In this document: positions 17,827 through 27,920 of the stretch, piece after piece | How positions within the stretch are numbered: position 1 is the stretch's first letter | How the letters are laid out: the number at the start of each line of letters is the position of its first letter | Virus record (IMG/VR): IMGVR_UViG_3300035698_022475 | Coordinates: 49,459 to 113,458 of that record | DNA length: 64,000 bases | Source: a virus | Reading direction: 5' to 3' (one strand) | Program-made: the position numbers and the translations under genes | Notes under the pieces: model-generated | Told to the model about the DNA's origin: nothing | Databases searched by the model: none | Seen by the model: only the letters and a program-made list of their open reading frames with translations

Positions 17827-18981
17827 CTACTCCGCGATGCCGTTCAAGGCCTCGTAGACTCCATCCAGTTCTTCTTCTGCATCTGAGTACGAAGCAACCA
17901 GGGCCTCATCATGGCCCCGGCAGTCGTCCCTCTTGGTCCGGAGGCTGAGAACTACCAGTCCCAGGTGGTCTCGAAGCTCCTGGAGGCTCCAGGACTCCGC
18001 CTGGGCCTTCCTGTCGAGCGCCAGGGGCCCTTCCTCCGTCTCGATGTAGCTCGAGAGGTGTTCCCAGTCCGTCTGGAAGCCTGCGGCCCCCCTGTGGCCT
18101 CCTCCGGACTTGCTGGGGCCCTCATAGCCGAGTTGCTTGGCCAGCGCGCTACAATCGATCTTGGGGTTCTCTGTAAAGAGCGTAACACGCCAGAATTTTC
18201 CTTTGACGTGAGTGTACGCAACCATCAAATCAATGCCCGACAGATCATGGACCCGCGCAAACATCAGGCTGTTGGCGTGGCTCAGATTGGCGATGACCGC
18301 CGAATGGCCGGCGAACTTCCCTCGGTAGGAGGTAACCCCCAACATGGAGTCTTCCTTCCGGGTTTGATACCGGCGCATCACCGAACCCTGCCCGATCAGG
18401 TTCCCGAGTTGTCCCCGAGTCTGCACTCCAGTAGAATCCTGCAGCGCCGTCTCCAGGAGATTGAACCAGAATGTAATATTCTTGTGAGGTCGAGTATCTA
18501 AGGAGAAGAGGTACGTCTGAAGCGGCAACACCTCGTGCTCCCACTTTGCTTCGTCGTCTCGTCGGAACGTATCCCAGGTGCCAATAAGGTCCAGGAGCTG
18601 CGGCATCTTCTCCTTCGGGAAGAAATACTTCCATGTCAGTTCACACCCGGACAAGGAGATGGAGCGCTTCCCTGAGATCTCCTCGAGTCCAAAGTCTTTC
18701 TCACAGTCGATACTGGTCTGGTGGTGGTCTATCCAGACCATGCGCTCGCCTACCTGACGACACATTTCTGCCATCTGCTCGTACGGTTGCAGGCAGAAGT
18801 CCACGACGTACACCATGTCCTCATCGTAGTTGACGTTCTGGTCAGTCAGCTTCAGCCCGTTATTGATTCGCAAGAAGTGAATATCCGAGGAGGGTACCCC
18901 GCGCTTAACGAGGGCCAGGTAAACCACGGCTGCAGCCGCGTGTCCGTCGGAGTCCACGTGGTGAATGATGTGATGTTGCAT
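17827..18981 (-). CDS. DHH/DHHA1 phosphoesterase
   Basis: HVDSDG, VVDF, WIDHH and GGGHRGAAGF motifs. Confidence 0.9.
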   Translation of the reverse strand: MQHHIIHHVDSDGHAAAAVVYLALVKRGVPSSDIHFLRINNGLKLTDQNVNYDEDMVYVVDFCLQPYEQMAEMCRQVGERMVWIDHHQTSIDCEKDFGLEEISGKRSISLSGCELTWKYFFPKEKMPQLLDLIGTWDTFRRDDEAKWEHEVLPLQTYLFSLDTRPHKNITFWFNLLETALQDSTGVQTRGQLGNLIGQGSVMRRYQTRKEDSMLGVTSYRGKFAGHSAVIANLSHANSLMFARVHDLSGIDLMVAYTHVKGKFWRVTLFTENPKIDCSALAKQLGYEGPSKSGGGHRGAAGFQTDWEHLSSYIETEEGPLALDRKAQAESWSLQELRDHLGLVVLSLRTKRDDCRGHDEALVASYSDAEEELDGVYEALNGIAE

Positions 18982-18982
18982 G

Positions 18983-20326
18983 CTATTTCAACTTCCTTGT
19001 TCTCTCTGTGACTGGCGCCATCTCGGGACCACGCCAATGGGGTTTGATCCAAGTAGGTTTCCGGAGTTTGCGGTCCTTTCCGTACGCCTGAGAACGCCAA
19101 TGGCCTGAGACCATATAGCGCACCTTTTGCTTGCTTCCAGTTCCGTGCTCGTCTCCTTCTTCGGACTCTTTCTTCCTGTCGATGGTGAACGAGCCTCCCA
19201 AGTAAATATGCTGCTCGTTGTCGGGGCGCTCTCGTAGTCGCCCAAACAGTTTCTGTCGCTTCTTGCCCTTCGCCCGCATCGCGCGCTCGTGCAGAGTTCT
19301 GTAGTCTTTAGATGCGTGCCGGAATACCTGGTCCGACTCGGATGACGTCACGTAGAGTACTACGTTCATGATGTAACGAAACGCTTCCACAGTGTGGCTG
19401 TACATCATATTCCAGATGTCTCGGTGTACCTCAGCAACCTCAGACGCTATCTCTATGTCGCCAGCATCGGTCACTAGGATTTGGTCAGACTTCTCTCCCA
19501 AGGCGTGAGCTGCCGTGTGCTTCAAGCACGTATCTACAGTCTCTCCCTCCTTGAGAAGCACTGTGAAGTGGTAGATGGCGTCATCATAGGGAAGTCCCTC
19601 TCCATTCTCGTTCTTGCCAGCAACCATCACAATACGCCATGCTCTCGGAGACCGCAGACAGTCCTCCGATATGTACGCTCCTGCTGCTGAATGCCAAGAA
19701 GTCAACTCGTTGTAGATGCGGAACTTGGAAGGCAGCTCTATGTAGATGGCCGGGAACGGCAATCGCAAGTAGTCTGCGGGATAGTTCTTGATTGCTGTAT
19801 GTTCCGGAAGAAGAGCCCACTCCAGTTCTGGGGCTACCTCGTAAATCTTTTTTCCGTAGTGTTCAAGTGCTTTGAAGTGGAACTTTGAAATCAAGGAAGC
19901 GAATACCGTCATCCGCAACTGCTCCTGAAGGAGGGGGGTAGCGTCCGGACCCCCCATGATCTGCACCATAGTGTGAATCAGAAACGCGAAAGGTGTAGCA
20001 TGAGAAAACGTGGCGAAAGACGCTGCAACCTCCGTATTTCCCCGCGCTAAGAAGCGCTCGTACAAGTCATCAAAGACAACCCACGGAACGACGGACATCA
20101 TGTAGCTCGTCTGTAGTGGGCTCCGCGAAACATCTTTCTCGTGTTCGCGCAGATCGAACAATAGGAAAGACCGCAGCGCGGTCTCGAATTTCTTCTCGAA
20201 GTCTGCTTTCCCGTCCGTGAGCGGATTGAGATCAGTTTCTTTTTTGGTCTTAGCCCAGACCTGTGAAATTTGATTCACGTAGGGTTCGAAGAATCGGTTG
20301 AGAACTTCGAAGTGTGCTTCAGCCAT
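18983..20326 (-). CDS. Conserved phage hypothetical protein
   Basis: 447 aa; C-terminal VSGHWRSQAYG...WIKPHWRGP motif that I recognise from phage proteins of unknown function. Confidence 0.65.
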   Translation of the reverse strand: MAEAHFEVLNRFFEPYVNQISQVWAKTKKETDLNPLTDGKADFEKKFETALRSFLLFDLREHEKDVSRSPLQTSYMMSVVPWVVFDDLYERFLARGNTEVAASFATFSHATPFAFLIHTMVQIMGGPDATPLLQEQLRMTVFASLISKFHFKALEHYGKKIYEVAPELEWALLPEHTAIKNYPADYLRLPFPAIYIELPSKFRIYNELTSWHSAAGAYISEDCLRSPRAWRIVMVAGKNENGEGLPYDDAIYHFTVLLKEGETVDTCLKHTAAHALGEKSDQILVTDAGDIEIASEVAEVHRDIWNMMYSHTVEAFRYIMNVVLYVTSSESDQVFRHASKDYRTLHERAMRAKGKKRQKLFGRLRERPDNEQHIYLGGSFTIDRKKESEEGDEHGTGSKQKVRYMVSGHWRSQAYGKDRKLRKPTWIKPHWRGPEMAPVTERTRKLK

Positions 20327-20385
20327 ATTGTTTACCTCCTATATACGTATACCAAAATACCCTACAATTTGAGTGGAGGTACCGA

Positions 20386-20964
20386 ATGCCATATTTTCCT
20401 AACGAGTTGGACACCCTCTCCCCTTCGGAGAAGTTTAAGAAGATCTACTACCAAGAAGCGCGCATGTTCGACGTAGCTGAAGTACACGCCAAGGACAAGA
20501 AGTGGAAGCCCCTCTGGGCGGTCCTGGGCTTCTTCATGCGTATTCTAAGCCGTGGGAAAGTAAAAGATCAGCAGCACGCCTACATCACAACACTGGGCAA
20601 CAAGATCTTCTATCCCGCGGGTTGGCAGATAGATAAGGCTTCCGAACATGACTGCGCAGCCCTACGCCACGAACTTTGTCACGTCGGACAATACCGGAAA
20701 CTCGGATTCGGTAGGGTGTGGCTGGGCTTCATTGTCTTCTTGTTCTTGTACCTGTTCGTCTTCTTTCCTATTGGTGTCGCTTGGTTCCGTTGGAGATTCG
20801 AAAGAGTAGCCTACAAAGCAGGCTGGGAGGCTGCGAAAGAATTCAATCTCGAGTGGCGACCTAACCTCAACGACTACTGTGAGGCTATGACTGGGCCCCG
20901 CTACATTTGGGCATGGCCCTTCAAGTACCAGGTGTGTCGGTGGTTTAGGAAGAACTGTAAATAA
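20386..20964 (+). CDS. Membrane-associated HExxH metallopeptidase-like protein
   Basis: GGAGG RBS before MPYFP; LRHELCHVGQY, a TM helix and FERVAY. Confidence 0.65.
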   Translation: MPYFPNELDTLSPSEKFKKIYYQEARMFDVAEVHAKDKKWKPLWAVLGFFMRILSRGKVKDQQHAYITTLGNKIFYPAGWQIDKASEHDCAALRHELCHVGQYRKLGFGRVWLGFIVFLFLYLFVFFPIGVAWFRWRFERVAYKAGWEAAKEFNLEWRPNLNDYCEAMTGPRYIWAWPFKYQVCRWFRKNCK

Positions 20965-21004
20965 AAAAAAGATCACGCGGTGCACGGGAGCATGCGTGAT
21001 CTTT
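20964..21004. terminator. Bidirectional terminator between convergent genes
   Basis: A-tract, AAAGATCACGC...GCGTGATCTTT stem. Confidence 0.6.
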
Positions 21005-21072
21005 ATGAGAATGACTAGCAACTAAAAACTACAATAACTATGATGTTTTTTCAAGAGTTTACGACGTAAAAC

Positions 21073-21444
21073 TTAAGGGGGAGCTTCGGCCTCATTCTTG
21101 ATTCTCTCAAGCTCCTCCCGCACATCGAACAGCATTGTGTACTTACAGTGGTCGCATTTCACCGCAACGAAGATGTCCTTTGTAGGGAAATTTCCCATCG
21201 GACCAGCCCCCCGCAGGCTGATCAGAAGCCCTAAGAATGGAGATACTACCCATCCCGCGTGGCTACAAACAGGGCACTGGATATGTTTTCCGGGAGCGAA
21301 TCGCTGCCGGTACACCTTGAAGAATTTATCATCCACATCAGGCAGAGTAGACGCAGCGTACTCCAAAGCCTCCTTTGGAACTGCTCCGTCCATCATCTGC
21401 GAAAACTTATTGACGTCAAAACCTCCAAACTCATCAGCCCCCAT
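21073..21444 (-). CDS. Zn-ribbon hypothetical protein
   Basis: CPVC...CDHC. Confidence 0.65.
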   Translation of the reverse strand: MGADEFGGFDVNKFSQMMDGAVPKEALEYAASTLPDVDDKFFKVYRQRFAPGKHIQCPVCSHAGWVVSPFLGLLISLRGAGPMGNFPTKDIFVAVKCDHCKYTMLFDVREELERIKNEAEAPP

Positions 21445-21661
21445 CGTCGACTCCCTCCTCTGTGACGTCCGTAACCGTAATGGTCTGCTCCTCTAGAATG
21501 GCCTCAAGGACTCCGCTAATCATCCCGTTATCAATAAGATGGTCAACGCCCTCGTTCACAACGCCCTCGAAGTCGTAGAGGGTATGCCCCCCGTAGTTGT
21601 CGTACTCCAGGTCCAGCACGACTCGTATCTTCGTCTTTGCCATGAGTATTCCTCCTCTCAT
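21434..21661 (-). CDS. Hypothetical protein
   Basis: Acidic small ORF, coupled to neighbours. Confidence 0.55.
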   Translation of the reverse strand: MRGGILMAKTKIRVVLDLEYDNYGGHTLYDFEGVVNEGVDHLIDNGMISGVLEAILEEQTITVTDVTEEGVDDGG

Positions 21662-21672
21662 TTAGTAGCTAA

Positions 21673-22392
21673 TCATAGGCCAACTCGAGACAGATAGATG
21701 TGTAAAAACGCCTGCTCTTCCGAAGGCACCACATCCCAATCTCCTTTGTGTTTGTGGATCTTCTTGGCTATGTGGAGAGCGCGAGACTCTTCCGCCTCCA
21801 TCCAGCGGCACGTTTCTTCTCTCCAAGAACCACACCAGCCCGAGATAGGCTCGTAGCGCCGATGGAGGCGCTGCATATCCACCAAGTTGTCAGGGGAAAC
21901 AGTATCCCAGATGTCGTTCCACACGGCTCCATAGTGCACCCCTTGTGGGGGCTGATACTGGAGCGCATTTCCTTGAATGATTTCGACACGTCCGGGGAAC
22001 TTCTTCTTGTAGTGTTTTCCTACAAGCGCAATGACTTCTGGAGCAAACTCGATAACTGTGACCTTCGTTACGTCAGCAGATAAGCACAGTGCATTAAGTA
22101 CGACTCCCAAGCCAAGGCCGTTCACGAGAACGTGTCCCCGGCCTTTCTTGGCGATTTCCAAATGATCTCTGAGTTCACTGGGGGTATCGGACATCACCGT
22201 AATGTCTTTCTCGCCCGACCCCCGCAAGAGAGCTGTGTAGTCTCCAGCCTCAACACGCATGTCTTCGGTTCCGCGCAGGGAAGACTTTAGGTTATAGACC
22301 GCTGCTTGCTCGTGGGAAACTGTGAATTTGTGAATACGGTAGTTACCGACTTGCTTTTCAGGAAGATCCTTTACCTTCGGCAGTAGTTTCAT
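21673..22392 (-). CDS. Class I SAM-dependent methyltransferase (spermidine-synthase-like fold)
   Basis: VMSDTPSE, GHVLVNGLGLG, VTVIE, IIQGNA and WNDIWD motifs. Confidence 0.8.
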   Translation of the reverse strand: MKLLPKVKDLPEKQVGNYRIHKFTVSHEQAAVYNLKSSLRGTEDMRVEAGDYTALLRGSGEKDITVMSDTPSELRDHLEIAKKGRGHVLVNGLGLGVVLNALCLSADVTKVTVIEFAPEVIALVGKHYKKKFPGRVEIIQGNALQYQPPQGVHYGAVWNDIWDTVSPDNLVDMQRLHRRYEPISGWCGSWREETCRWMEAEESRALHIAKKIHKHKGDWDVVPSEEQAFLHIYLSRVGL

Positions 22393-22978
22393 CTTTCTTG
22401 CTCCAGAGTTTATCAAGATACTTTTTCCTTTCCTCCATGTAGGCGGTTATTGCTGAGAACGTGACTAAGTTCCCCGCATGAGCATCGACGCCTACGTCCA
22501 TACTCATCCCCCACGGTTCCAACTTCTTGTGTACATGCCCGTAGAGGTGCCAAGACCCGTGGTACGAAGCATTCCAGGACCGCATAGGATAATGACAAAG
22601 AACAATGCGCTTACCCTCAACGGTAACCTCTTGTATTTGGTTCCACCTAATTTCGAGCGGATGCTCACTCAGGGAGCGCAGCTCAAATTTTGGGTCGTTC
22701 TCTTTGGCGCCATCATACTCCCGCAGCCAGCGGTCATGATTACCGGGAATCAGAATAATGCGCCCGCGCAGTAGTTCGATGATTTCCTGCACCTGGTAAA
22801 GATTACCAAAGCACAAGTCTCCCAGATGATAAACAGTATCGTCGTCTCCCGCAGTTTCATTCCAGGCGTTGATGTACGCGGCGTTCATCTCAAAGATGTT
22901 ATTGTAGGGCCGCGTCTCTGTCTGGTATTGCAGGATATTACGATGTCGAAAATGTTGGTCAGAAGTAAACAGTTCCAT
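22358..22978 (-). CDS. Calcineurin-like metallophosphoesterase
   Basis: FTSDQHFRH, YHLGD, GNHD, CHYP and GHVH motifs. Confidence 0.9.
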   Translation of the reverse strand: MELFTSDQHFRHRNILQYQTETRPYNNIFEMNAAYINAWNETAGDDDTVYHLGDLCFGNLYQVQEIIELLRGRIILIPGNHDRWLREYDGAKENDPKFELRSLSEHPLEIRWNQIQEVTVEGKRIVLCHYPMRSWNASYHGSWHLYGHVHKKLEPWGMSMDVGVDAHAGNLVTFSAITAYMEERKKYLDKLWSKKDETTAEGKGSS

Positions 22979-22985
22979 TGTTCTA

Positions 22986-23492
22986 CTATCCCATCAGTTC
23001 GGGGTAATCGAATTTCTTTCCGAGTGCTTCCGTAATATAGATCTTCTTGTCAGACATTCCAGTACACTCCCGGCCTATGTCGTTACGCAAATGTGCGTGT
23101 GACGGAACACGGAGTCTCTGGTAAACAAAATCAATCCCTTCAATGGTTGGCCTATAAAGACCACAAGCAGCATTCCCCCGGTTGGTGTCGTCGGAACGCT
23201 CAATTAAATCCCAATAGATAAGCAGAGAACCATTTGTACCACCTACCTTCAAGTGGTTGTTCTCACGCAGAATCTCCTCCGTCGAGTACCACTTCGGATG
23301 CTGCTGATACTTCTTCACCAGCTTGATCAGGAAGAGTGCCATCTCCGCGTGCAGGGGGCGCGCATAGATCTTCACCAGGCGATTGCAGTTTGGGCAAACA
23401 CACCCCTCGTCCGCTAGACTCATTGTCAGTTCGCGCACCTTCTTCAGCGAGGCCTCCTCGCTGATCACTACTCTCTTTACTTTTTTTGTCAT
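22986..23492 (-). CDS. Hypothetical, probable Zn-finger/winged-helix DNA-binding protein
   Basis: CPNC; LIYWDLIE...GLYRPTIEG resembles a wHTH wing. Confidence 0.5.
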   Translation of the reverse strand: MTKKVKRVVISEEASLKKVRELTMSLADEGCVCPNCNRLVKIYARPLHAEMALFLIKLVKKYQQHPKWYSTEEILRENNHLKVGGTNGSLLIYWDLIERSDDTNRGNAACGLYRPTIEGIDFVYQRLRVPSHAHLRNDIGRECTGMSDKKIYITEALGKKFDYPELMG

Positions 23493-23736
23493 GTTGTATT
23501 CCTACCTCTTGCTCGAGCGTTTCGATCCTCTTGTCGTGTTCTTCTAAAACCTCTGAGATTGCTCGTTCCCTCTCGGCTCCGGCCTTCAAGAGGTGCTGGT
23601 TGAGCTTTGTGGTTTCGTTAAGCATACCAAGGAGCTTCGTTACGTCGATTCGTTTGGTGTTTTTCCGTTCTTCACGTTGGGCTTTATTGTGGGTCTTCCG
23701 CTTGTTTCTGTCTGTTGTAGTTTTAGTTCTACTCAT
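23263..23736 (-). CDS. Basic coiled-coil hypothetical protein
   Basis: ATGA-coupled start; the 3' part overlaps the next gene. Confidence 0.45.
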   Translation of the reverse strand: MSRTKTTTDRNKRKTHNKAQREERKNTKRIDVTKLLGMLNETTKLNQHLLKAGAERERAISEVLEEHDKRIETLEQEVGIQHDKKSKESSDQRGGLAEEGARTDNESSGRGVCLPKLQSPGEDLCAPPARGDGTLPDQAGEEVSAASEVVLDGGDSA

Positions 23737-24197
23737 TCGGTGTCTCGCTTTCGACCCACACTGCGTTCGATGTAGGCCATCATGTCTTCAAGGTCGAGGT
23801 TGTTCAGCCTGCTCAGAAATACTGGGAGGGGCACTTGGGTTTCCTGGGGTTTGAACAGGGTGTTCTTCAGCGACCAGTGAGGAGAGATGAAAATACTGAG
23901 GCGTTCATGTCCGTCGATGATGTCAATAGTGTAACGGTAAAAGCTGTGGCGTTTAGATTGGAATTGGGTTTGAAACCATTCAATGACCTCAAAGCAATCC
24001 GTGAGGCTTATGGAATTTACCACAAAGCCTAATGTTCCCCTCCGTCGGTACTCCCCGCGAATGAGTACTGCATTGTAATTAGTGAGGTGCTCGAACTTTT
24101 CAAAAAGAAAGAGACACGCTTTGCGCATATTAGTGATGTAGTTGCACGTCTGGTGAAACGCTCGTTGCGCTGGATCCAAGTAGGTCTCCTTGCCCAC
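23733..24197 (-). CDS. Hypothetical protein
   Basis: 154 aa; preceded by TGGTACAAG at 24225-24233. Confidence 0.55.
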   Translation of the reverse strand: MGKETYLDPAQRAFHQTCNYITNMRKACLFLFEKFEHLTNYNAVLIRGEYRRRGTLGFVVNSISLTDCFEVIEWFQTQFQSKRHSFYRYTIDIIDGHERLSIFISPHWSLKNTLFKPQETQVPLPVFLSRLNNLDLEDMMAYIERSVGRKRDTE

Positions 24198-24247
24198 GTA
24201 AACTGGGCGGTTCGGATTCGTCCTCTTGTACCAGGGAAAGGTACGTT

Positions 24248-24628
24248 TTAATCGAGGTAGAACACGGCGAGGTGGAGAAGGCCATTGCCTCCATCTGCTA
24301 CGCGGCGCTCGCAGATACTGCCGCCACTCTTGGCGAACTCCTTCTCTTCAGTCCACTCTGCATATGCTCTTTCGAGCGATGCCGCGTCCCTGTGCTGGAA
24401 GAGCTTCAGCTTCTCATGCACATCTTTGACCGGAACGGGGGGCTCAGCTTCCGGAGCAACGGGAGGAGGTCCTAGCTCCGACGTCTCCGACGTCTCCTCT
24501 TCCGTGGGAAGCTCCTGCACGTCCTCAGCGGGAGGTGGGGTACCTCCGTCTACGCTCTCAGGCTCGGGAGTAGGTTCTTCAGTCTTGGGCTCCGCGGGGA
24601 GCGTTACGTCATCTTTTTTCTTACCCAT
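24248..24628 (-). CDS. Hypothetical protein, P/E-rich N-terminus
   Basis: AGGAGG RBS. Confidence 0.65.
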   Translation of the reverse strand: MGKKKDDVTLPAEPKTEEPTPEPESVDGGTPPPAEDVQELPTEEETSETSELGPPPVAPEAEPPVPVKDVHEKLKLFQHRDAASLERAYAEWTEEKEFAKSGGSICERRVADGGNGLLHLAVFYLD

Positions 24629-24893
24629 CAGACAGTCCTCCTGTGTTTTGTAGGTTTACGGACGTTAACACATTTTTTATGACGTCGGAAGTCTGAGGGC
24701 AAGGAAAGTTATGGTAATATATGGAGTGTCCACGTCCGCAGGACGCGTGGGTCCGTAAACTGTGACCACGTCGGTATTCTGAGACATACTCTGAATTAGA
24801 TACCCTGAAGAATCCATGAGGGTCAACCACATGGTAACCTCGGCTTGCAGAACATCCGCGTTCGCAGCCGGTCGCCGAAAGATCTGGACTATC

Positions 24894-25829
24894 TTACCTG
24901 CCGGCACGACGCATCCTATCAGCATGCCTCTCGAGGAGGCGCTCTGCTATCTTCTGGGCCATGCTGGTCTTCGTGACTCCCTCGAACGCTCCGGGCTCTG
25001 TGCCGTCCGAGATGGGCTTCGTCTGGGGCAACGACGACTCCGTAGTAGACCGGGTCTGCGTAAACAAGGTACTACGCTCCGCGGGCCGAGTCGTGGTCAG
25101 GGTGTTCGAAGGATTCGCGGAATCATCCAAGCTCTTCTTTTCCATGATGTCGATTACTTTCTGGGCCCACTTTCGGTCCTGGTCCTTCACTTTCGCAGGG
25201 AGCTTCACATAAGGCACGAAGTGCTTCTTCCAACGGGCTTTTCGTTCCGGCTTTATCTTCTCGGTCTTGGCTACGTCCTTCGCCCATGCTGCCCATTGGT
25301 CATGCTCCAACGCTGCGAGCTGCTCTATCTTGGTGCTCATGCGTGTTTTGAGAGCTTCCCGGAGAGCCTTCAGGCGCTTTTCTCCGAGACCCTTGTGTCC
25401 TGGCTTTGCTTTTGTGATGGCTCGCTCTTGTAGTTCGATGGCGTCTTCGAGCGGCCGGAACTTGATGTTCTTGATATGGTCGGATGGTTCAGACTTCTTG
25501 CCGACCGTCCCCTGAGACATACTTCCGATGGCAAAATACGTCCGAGACCCTCGGTACTTCTTCAGGCGATCTGTCTTCCCTGACTTGCGCCACCCCTCAC
25601 GAACAACCTCGGATTCAGTGAACGGAGAGATACTCAGCCGCTGCACACTCTTGAGCTTGCGTCCCGACTCCTCTTTGAACTCACGTTTAGCAGCCTGAAG
25701 GACCGTCTCACCGCTATCGATTCCTCCGCCGAAAAGGCCGATGCTGTTATCCGGATAAAGGCCCGAGAACACCCTGCCTTTCTCATCCAGCGCAACAACG
25801 TCGACCCGGTTTCGGTAGGGCTTGCCCAT
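24894..25829 (-). CDS. NUDIX hydrolase fused to a RyR-like domain
   Basis: Nudix box GGGIDSGETVLQAAKREFKEESG; EQLAALEHDQW...VPYVKLPAKVKDQDR RyR-like segment. Confidence 0.8.
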   Translation of the reverse strand: MGKPYRNRVDVVALDEKGRVFSGLYPDNSIGLFGGGIDSGETVLQAAKREFKEESGRKLKSVQRLSISPFTESEVVREGWRKSGKTDRLKKYRGSRTYFAIGSMSQGTVGKKSEPSDHIKNIKFRPLEDAIELQERAITKAKPGHKGLGEKRLKALREALKTRMSTKIEQLAALEHDQWAAWAKDVAKTEKIKPERKARWKKHFVPYVKLPAKVKDQDRKWAQKVIDIMEKKSLDDSANPSNTLTTTRPAERSTLFTQTRSTTESSLPQTKPISDGTEPGAFEGVTKTSMAQKIAERLLERHADRMRRAGR

Positions 25830-25960
25830 CAGCGTTCCAGGAGTTCCCGCACCGTCACTGAACCCTTCTTTATATCGGGAGTATGATCAGCCCACCGCTT
25901 GGCGATTCGCGGATGCTTGGCGAACATGAAGCGCTGTTGTGCTTTTGATTCAAAGGGCAT
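25829..25960 (-). CDS. Small basic phage peptide (43 aa)
   Basis: MPFESKAQQRFMFAKHPRIAKRWADHTP...; TGATG-coupled to the NUDIX gene; below the ORF cutoff. Confidence 0.65.
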   Translation of the reverse strand: MPFESKAQQRFMFAKHPRIAKRWADHTPDIKKGSVTVRELLER

Positions 25961-25965
25961 CAGAT

Positions 25966-26697
25966 CTAACCTCCTGGCCTAGCCGTAGGAGCATAAGCCC
26001 TTCCTGGCCGTACTGTATGCGCACCCCCGATAGCAGCCCTCTCTGCTTGAGCCGCCTGACGAGCCAAAACCTGCTGCCGTACGGCCTCGAAACGAGGCTG
26101 AAGCGCCGGAGGCGCACTCCGCATCAGGGTATTAAACGCCGCGGTCTGGCCGGGAGCAGGTACCATGTGAGCGGGAACCGCGCGCATGTACGCTTGCTGG
26201 GAATTCGCCAAAGTGGGGAACGGAAGCGGCTTCGAGGCGATTCCTGCAGCGCTACGAACAGCCTGCGGCTTACTCATTTGGAGAGGGCCCGACATATGCT
26301 GCTGGACTCTCGGGAGGCGAGTCTCGGGCCTACTCTTGATGAGAGGGTCAATCCACTCGCTTTTCTGCGTTAGAAGCTGCTTATGGCGTGGATCTGGAAT
26401 CTTACCCAGGGTCTTGCGCACACCTTCGAGTTGCCTGTCAGCCTCGCGTCCAAACACGCGCTCTTGAGACTTCAACCGAGGGTCAGCTCCTCCTGTATTG
26501 AAGGCGCGAACGTCTCCCCGTCCCGAAAGGGCTTTCCCGGCAGCGTGTTGATGAGCCCGCACCTGGCCGGCTCTTCGCGCTTCTCCGGTCCATGCAGTCC
26601 ACGGCTTGCCCTTGATGAATCCCTTCATCTTGCGCAGCCACACCGGCACTGCCAGCTTCTCCAGCACAAATCGCATTACCTCAGGCTTGGCACTCAT
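25966..26697 (-). CDS. Basic low-complexity protein, possible virion-internal protein
   Basis: N-terminal VLEKLA motif; R/A/P-rich. Confidence 0.55.
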   Translation of the reverse strand: MSAKPEVMRFVLEKLAVPVWLRKMKGFIKGKPWTAWTGEARRAGQVRAHQHAAGKALSGRGDVRAFNTGGADPRLKSQERVFGREADRQLEGVRKTLGKIPDPRHKQLLTQKSEWIDPLIKSRPETRLPRVQQHMSGPLQMSKPQAVRSAAGIASKPLPFPTLANSQQAYMRAVPAHMVPAPGQTAAFNTLMRSAPPALQPRFEAVRQQVLARQAAQAERAAIGGAHTVRPGRAYAPTARPGG

Positions 26698-26927
26698 TTC
26701 TTCCGGACTTTCTCAGTAACAGGTTCCTTACCAGGACACTCCACTAGAATTATAGCTGTTTTGGCTGTTTCTTCCAAAGAGGAAGTCCTGCATTCAGGAG
26801 GATACTGAGAACGAACGTACTTATGGGCCCCCGATACGCAACCACAAAACGACGTTATATACCCGAAAAGAAAGAGCACCCCCAGAACGAAGGCTACTAG
26901 AACAGTGGCTTTGTAGAGGGGGTTCAC
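26694..26927 (-). CDS. Small membrane protein
   Basis: N-terminal TM helix. Confidence 0.55.
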   Translation of the reverse strand: MNPLYKATVLVAFVLGVLFLFGYITSFCGCVSGAHKYVRSQYPPECRTSSLEETAKTAIILVECPGKEPVTEKVRKK

Positions 26928-26946
26928 GTTGTCAACCGCAGGCGGC

Positions 26947-27255
26947 CTATTTGAAGACCGAGCGTGGTGTTGGCGCGGGTATAGAGGCAGCCGTCCCCTT
27001 GGCCTTCTGTACTTGGGACTTGAAGGTCGGCTGCATCTTCTTCTTCTGGGCGCCTACCAGCGCTTGACGCTTAGCCGGATCCATGGCGGCCATCCCCTTG
27101 CGAGTATAGTCCGCAGCACCCTTGATCTCATAGCCGAGCTTCGACATGGCATCCATGTAGCCCTGCTGCATCGGAGTCAGGTTCTGCTGACCGCCGTTCT
27201 CCGCCGCGAATTTCTCCTGCTCCAATTGAAGAGCGTGCTCGAGTGCCGTAGTCAT
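26947..27255 (-). CDS. Small basic protein, possible virion-internal protein
   Basis: GGAGGAG RBS; EKFAA and SKLG...IKGAA motifs. Confidence 0.55.
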   Translation of the reverse strand: MTTALEHALQLEQEKFAAENGGQQNLTPMQQGYMDAMSKLGYEIKGAADYTRKGMAAMDPAKRQALVGAQKKKMQPTFKSQVQKAKGTAASIPAPTPRSVFK

Positions 27256-27266
27256 GTTCTCCTCCT

Positions 27267-27479
27267 TCAACCCACCTTAACCGCATTAATATTGGTCACT
27301 GATGGGGGCTTCAGACGTGTTCCAGTTCTGGCAGGATCCTGCCACTTATTCTTCTTATCTCTTGAAGTTGCCGGGCCAAATCCCTTTTTAGGAGCGACGA
27401 AAGAGGAAGATGCCTTGGGGGCATCGGCTGCCACCTTACGCAGAACCTCGTCAGCAATTTGCGATACCGTCTTCTTCAT
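27267..27479 (-). CDS. Small basic protein with KVAA leader (paralog of 50448-50771)
   Basis: MKKTVSQIADEVLRKVAA N-terminus. Confidence 0.65.
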   Translation of the reverse strand: MKKTVSQIADEVLRKVAADAPKASSSFVAPKKGFGPATSRDKKNKWQDPARTGTRLKPPSVTNINAVKVG

Positions 27480-27514
27480 TGCGTAGTAATTATATGAGGA
27501 ACATCCTCAAATAC

Positions 27515-27859
27515 CTAGTGTAAGTTCGTCACTCCTGTAATGTGGCTGTGAGGCCTACTATCCATTCCTGGAAGCTCCACGAGAAGCTCTTGTACCCGGG
27601 CCTTGAAATGGTCGACCATCAAATCAGCCGCATGCTCACAAAGAACAGGATCAACGAGAGCGTCACGCAGAGTAAGGGCCGCCCCCTCCATCATGACCTC
27701 GAGACAGTCACGCCACTGGGGCGTCCCGTCAGGCACCGCCGCCACCCCATGCTCTCGCGCATACAGGACCTGGACGCAGGTGTCGCCCTCCTCGTCATTG
27801 GCTTCAGGAGTGAGAAATTCATCTGTAATCTGTATCGTTACTTGTCTGTCCATAGACAC
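27515..27859 (-). CDS. Hypothetical protein
   Basis: 114-aa acidic ORF. Confidence 0.55.
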   Translation of the reverse strand: MSMDRQVTIQITDEFLTPEANDEEGDTCVQVLYAREHGVAAVPDGTPQWRDCLEVMMEGAALTLRDALVDPVLCEHAADLMVDHFKARVQELLVELPGMDSRPHSHITGVTNLH

Positions 27860-27920
27860 AGCATAAAGGATTCACCCAAAAAAAGAAAAGGACTTTTGTA
27901 GCCCTTTTCTCTTGAAGCAC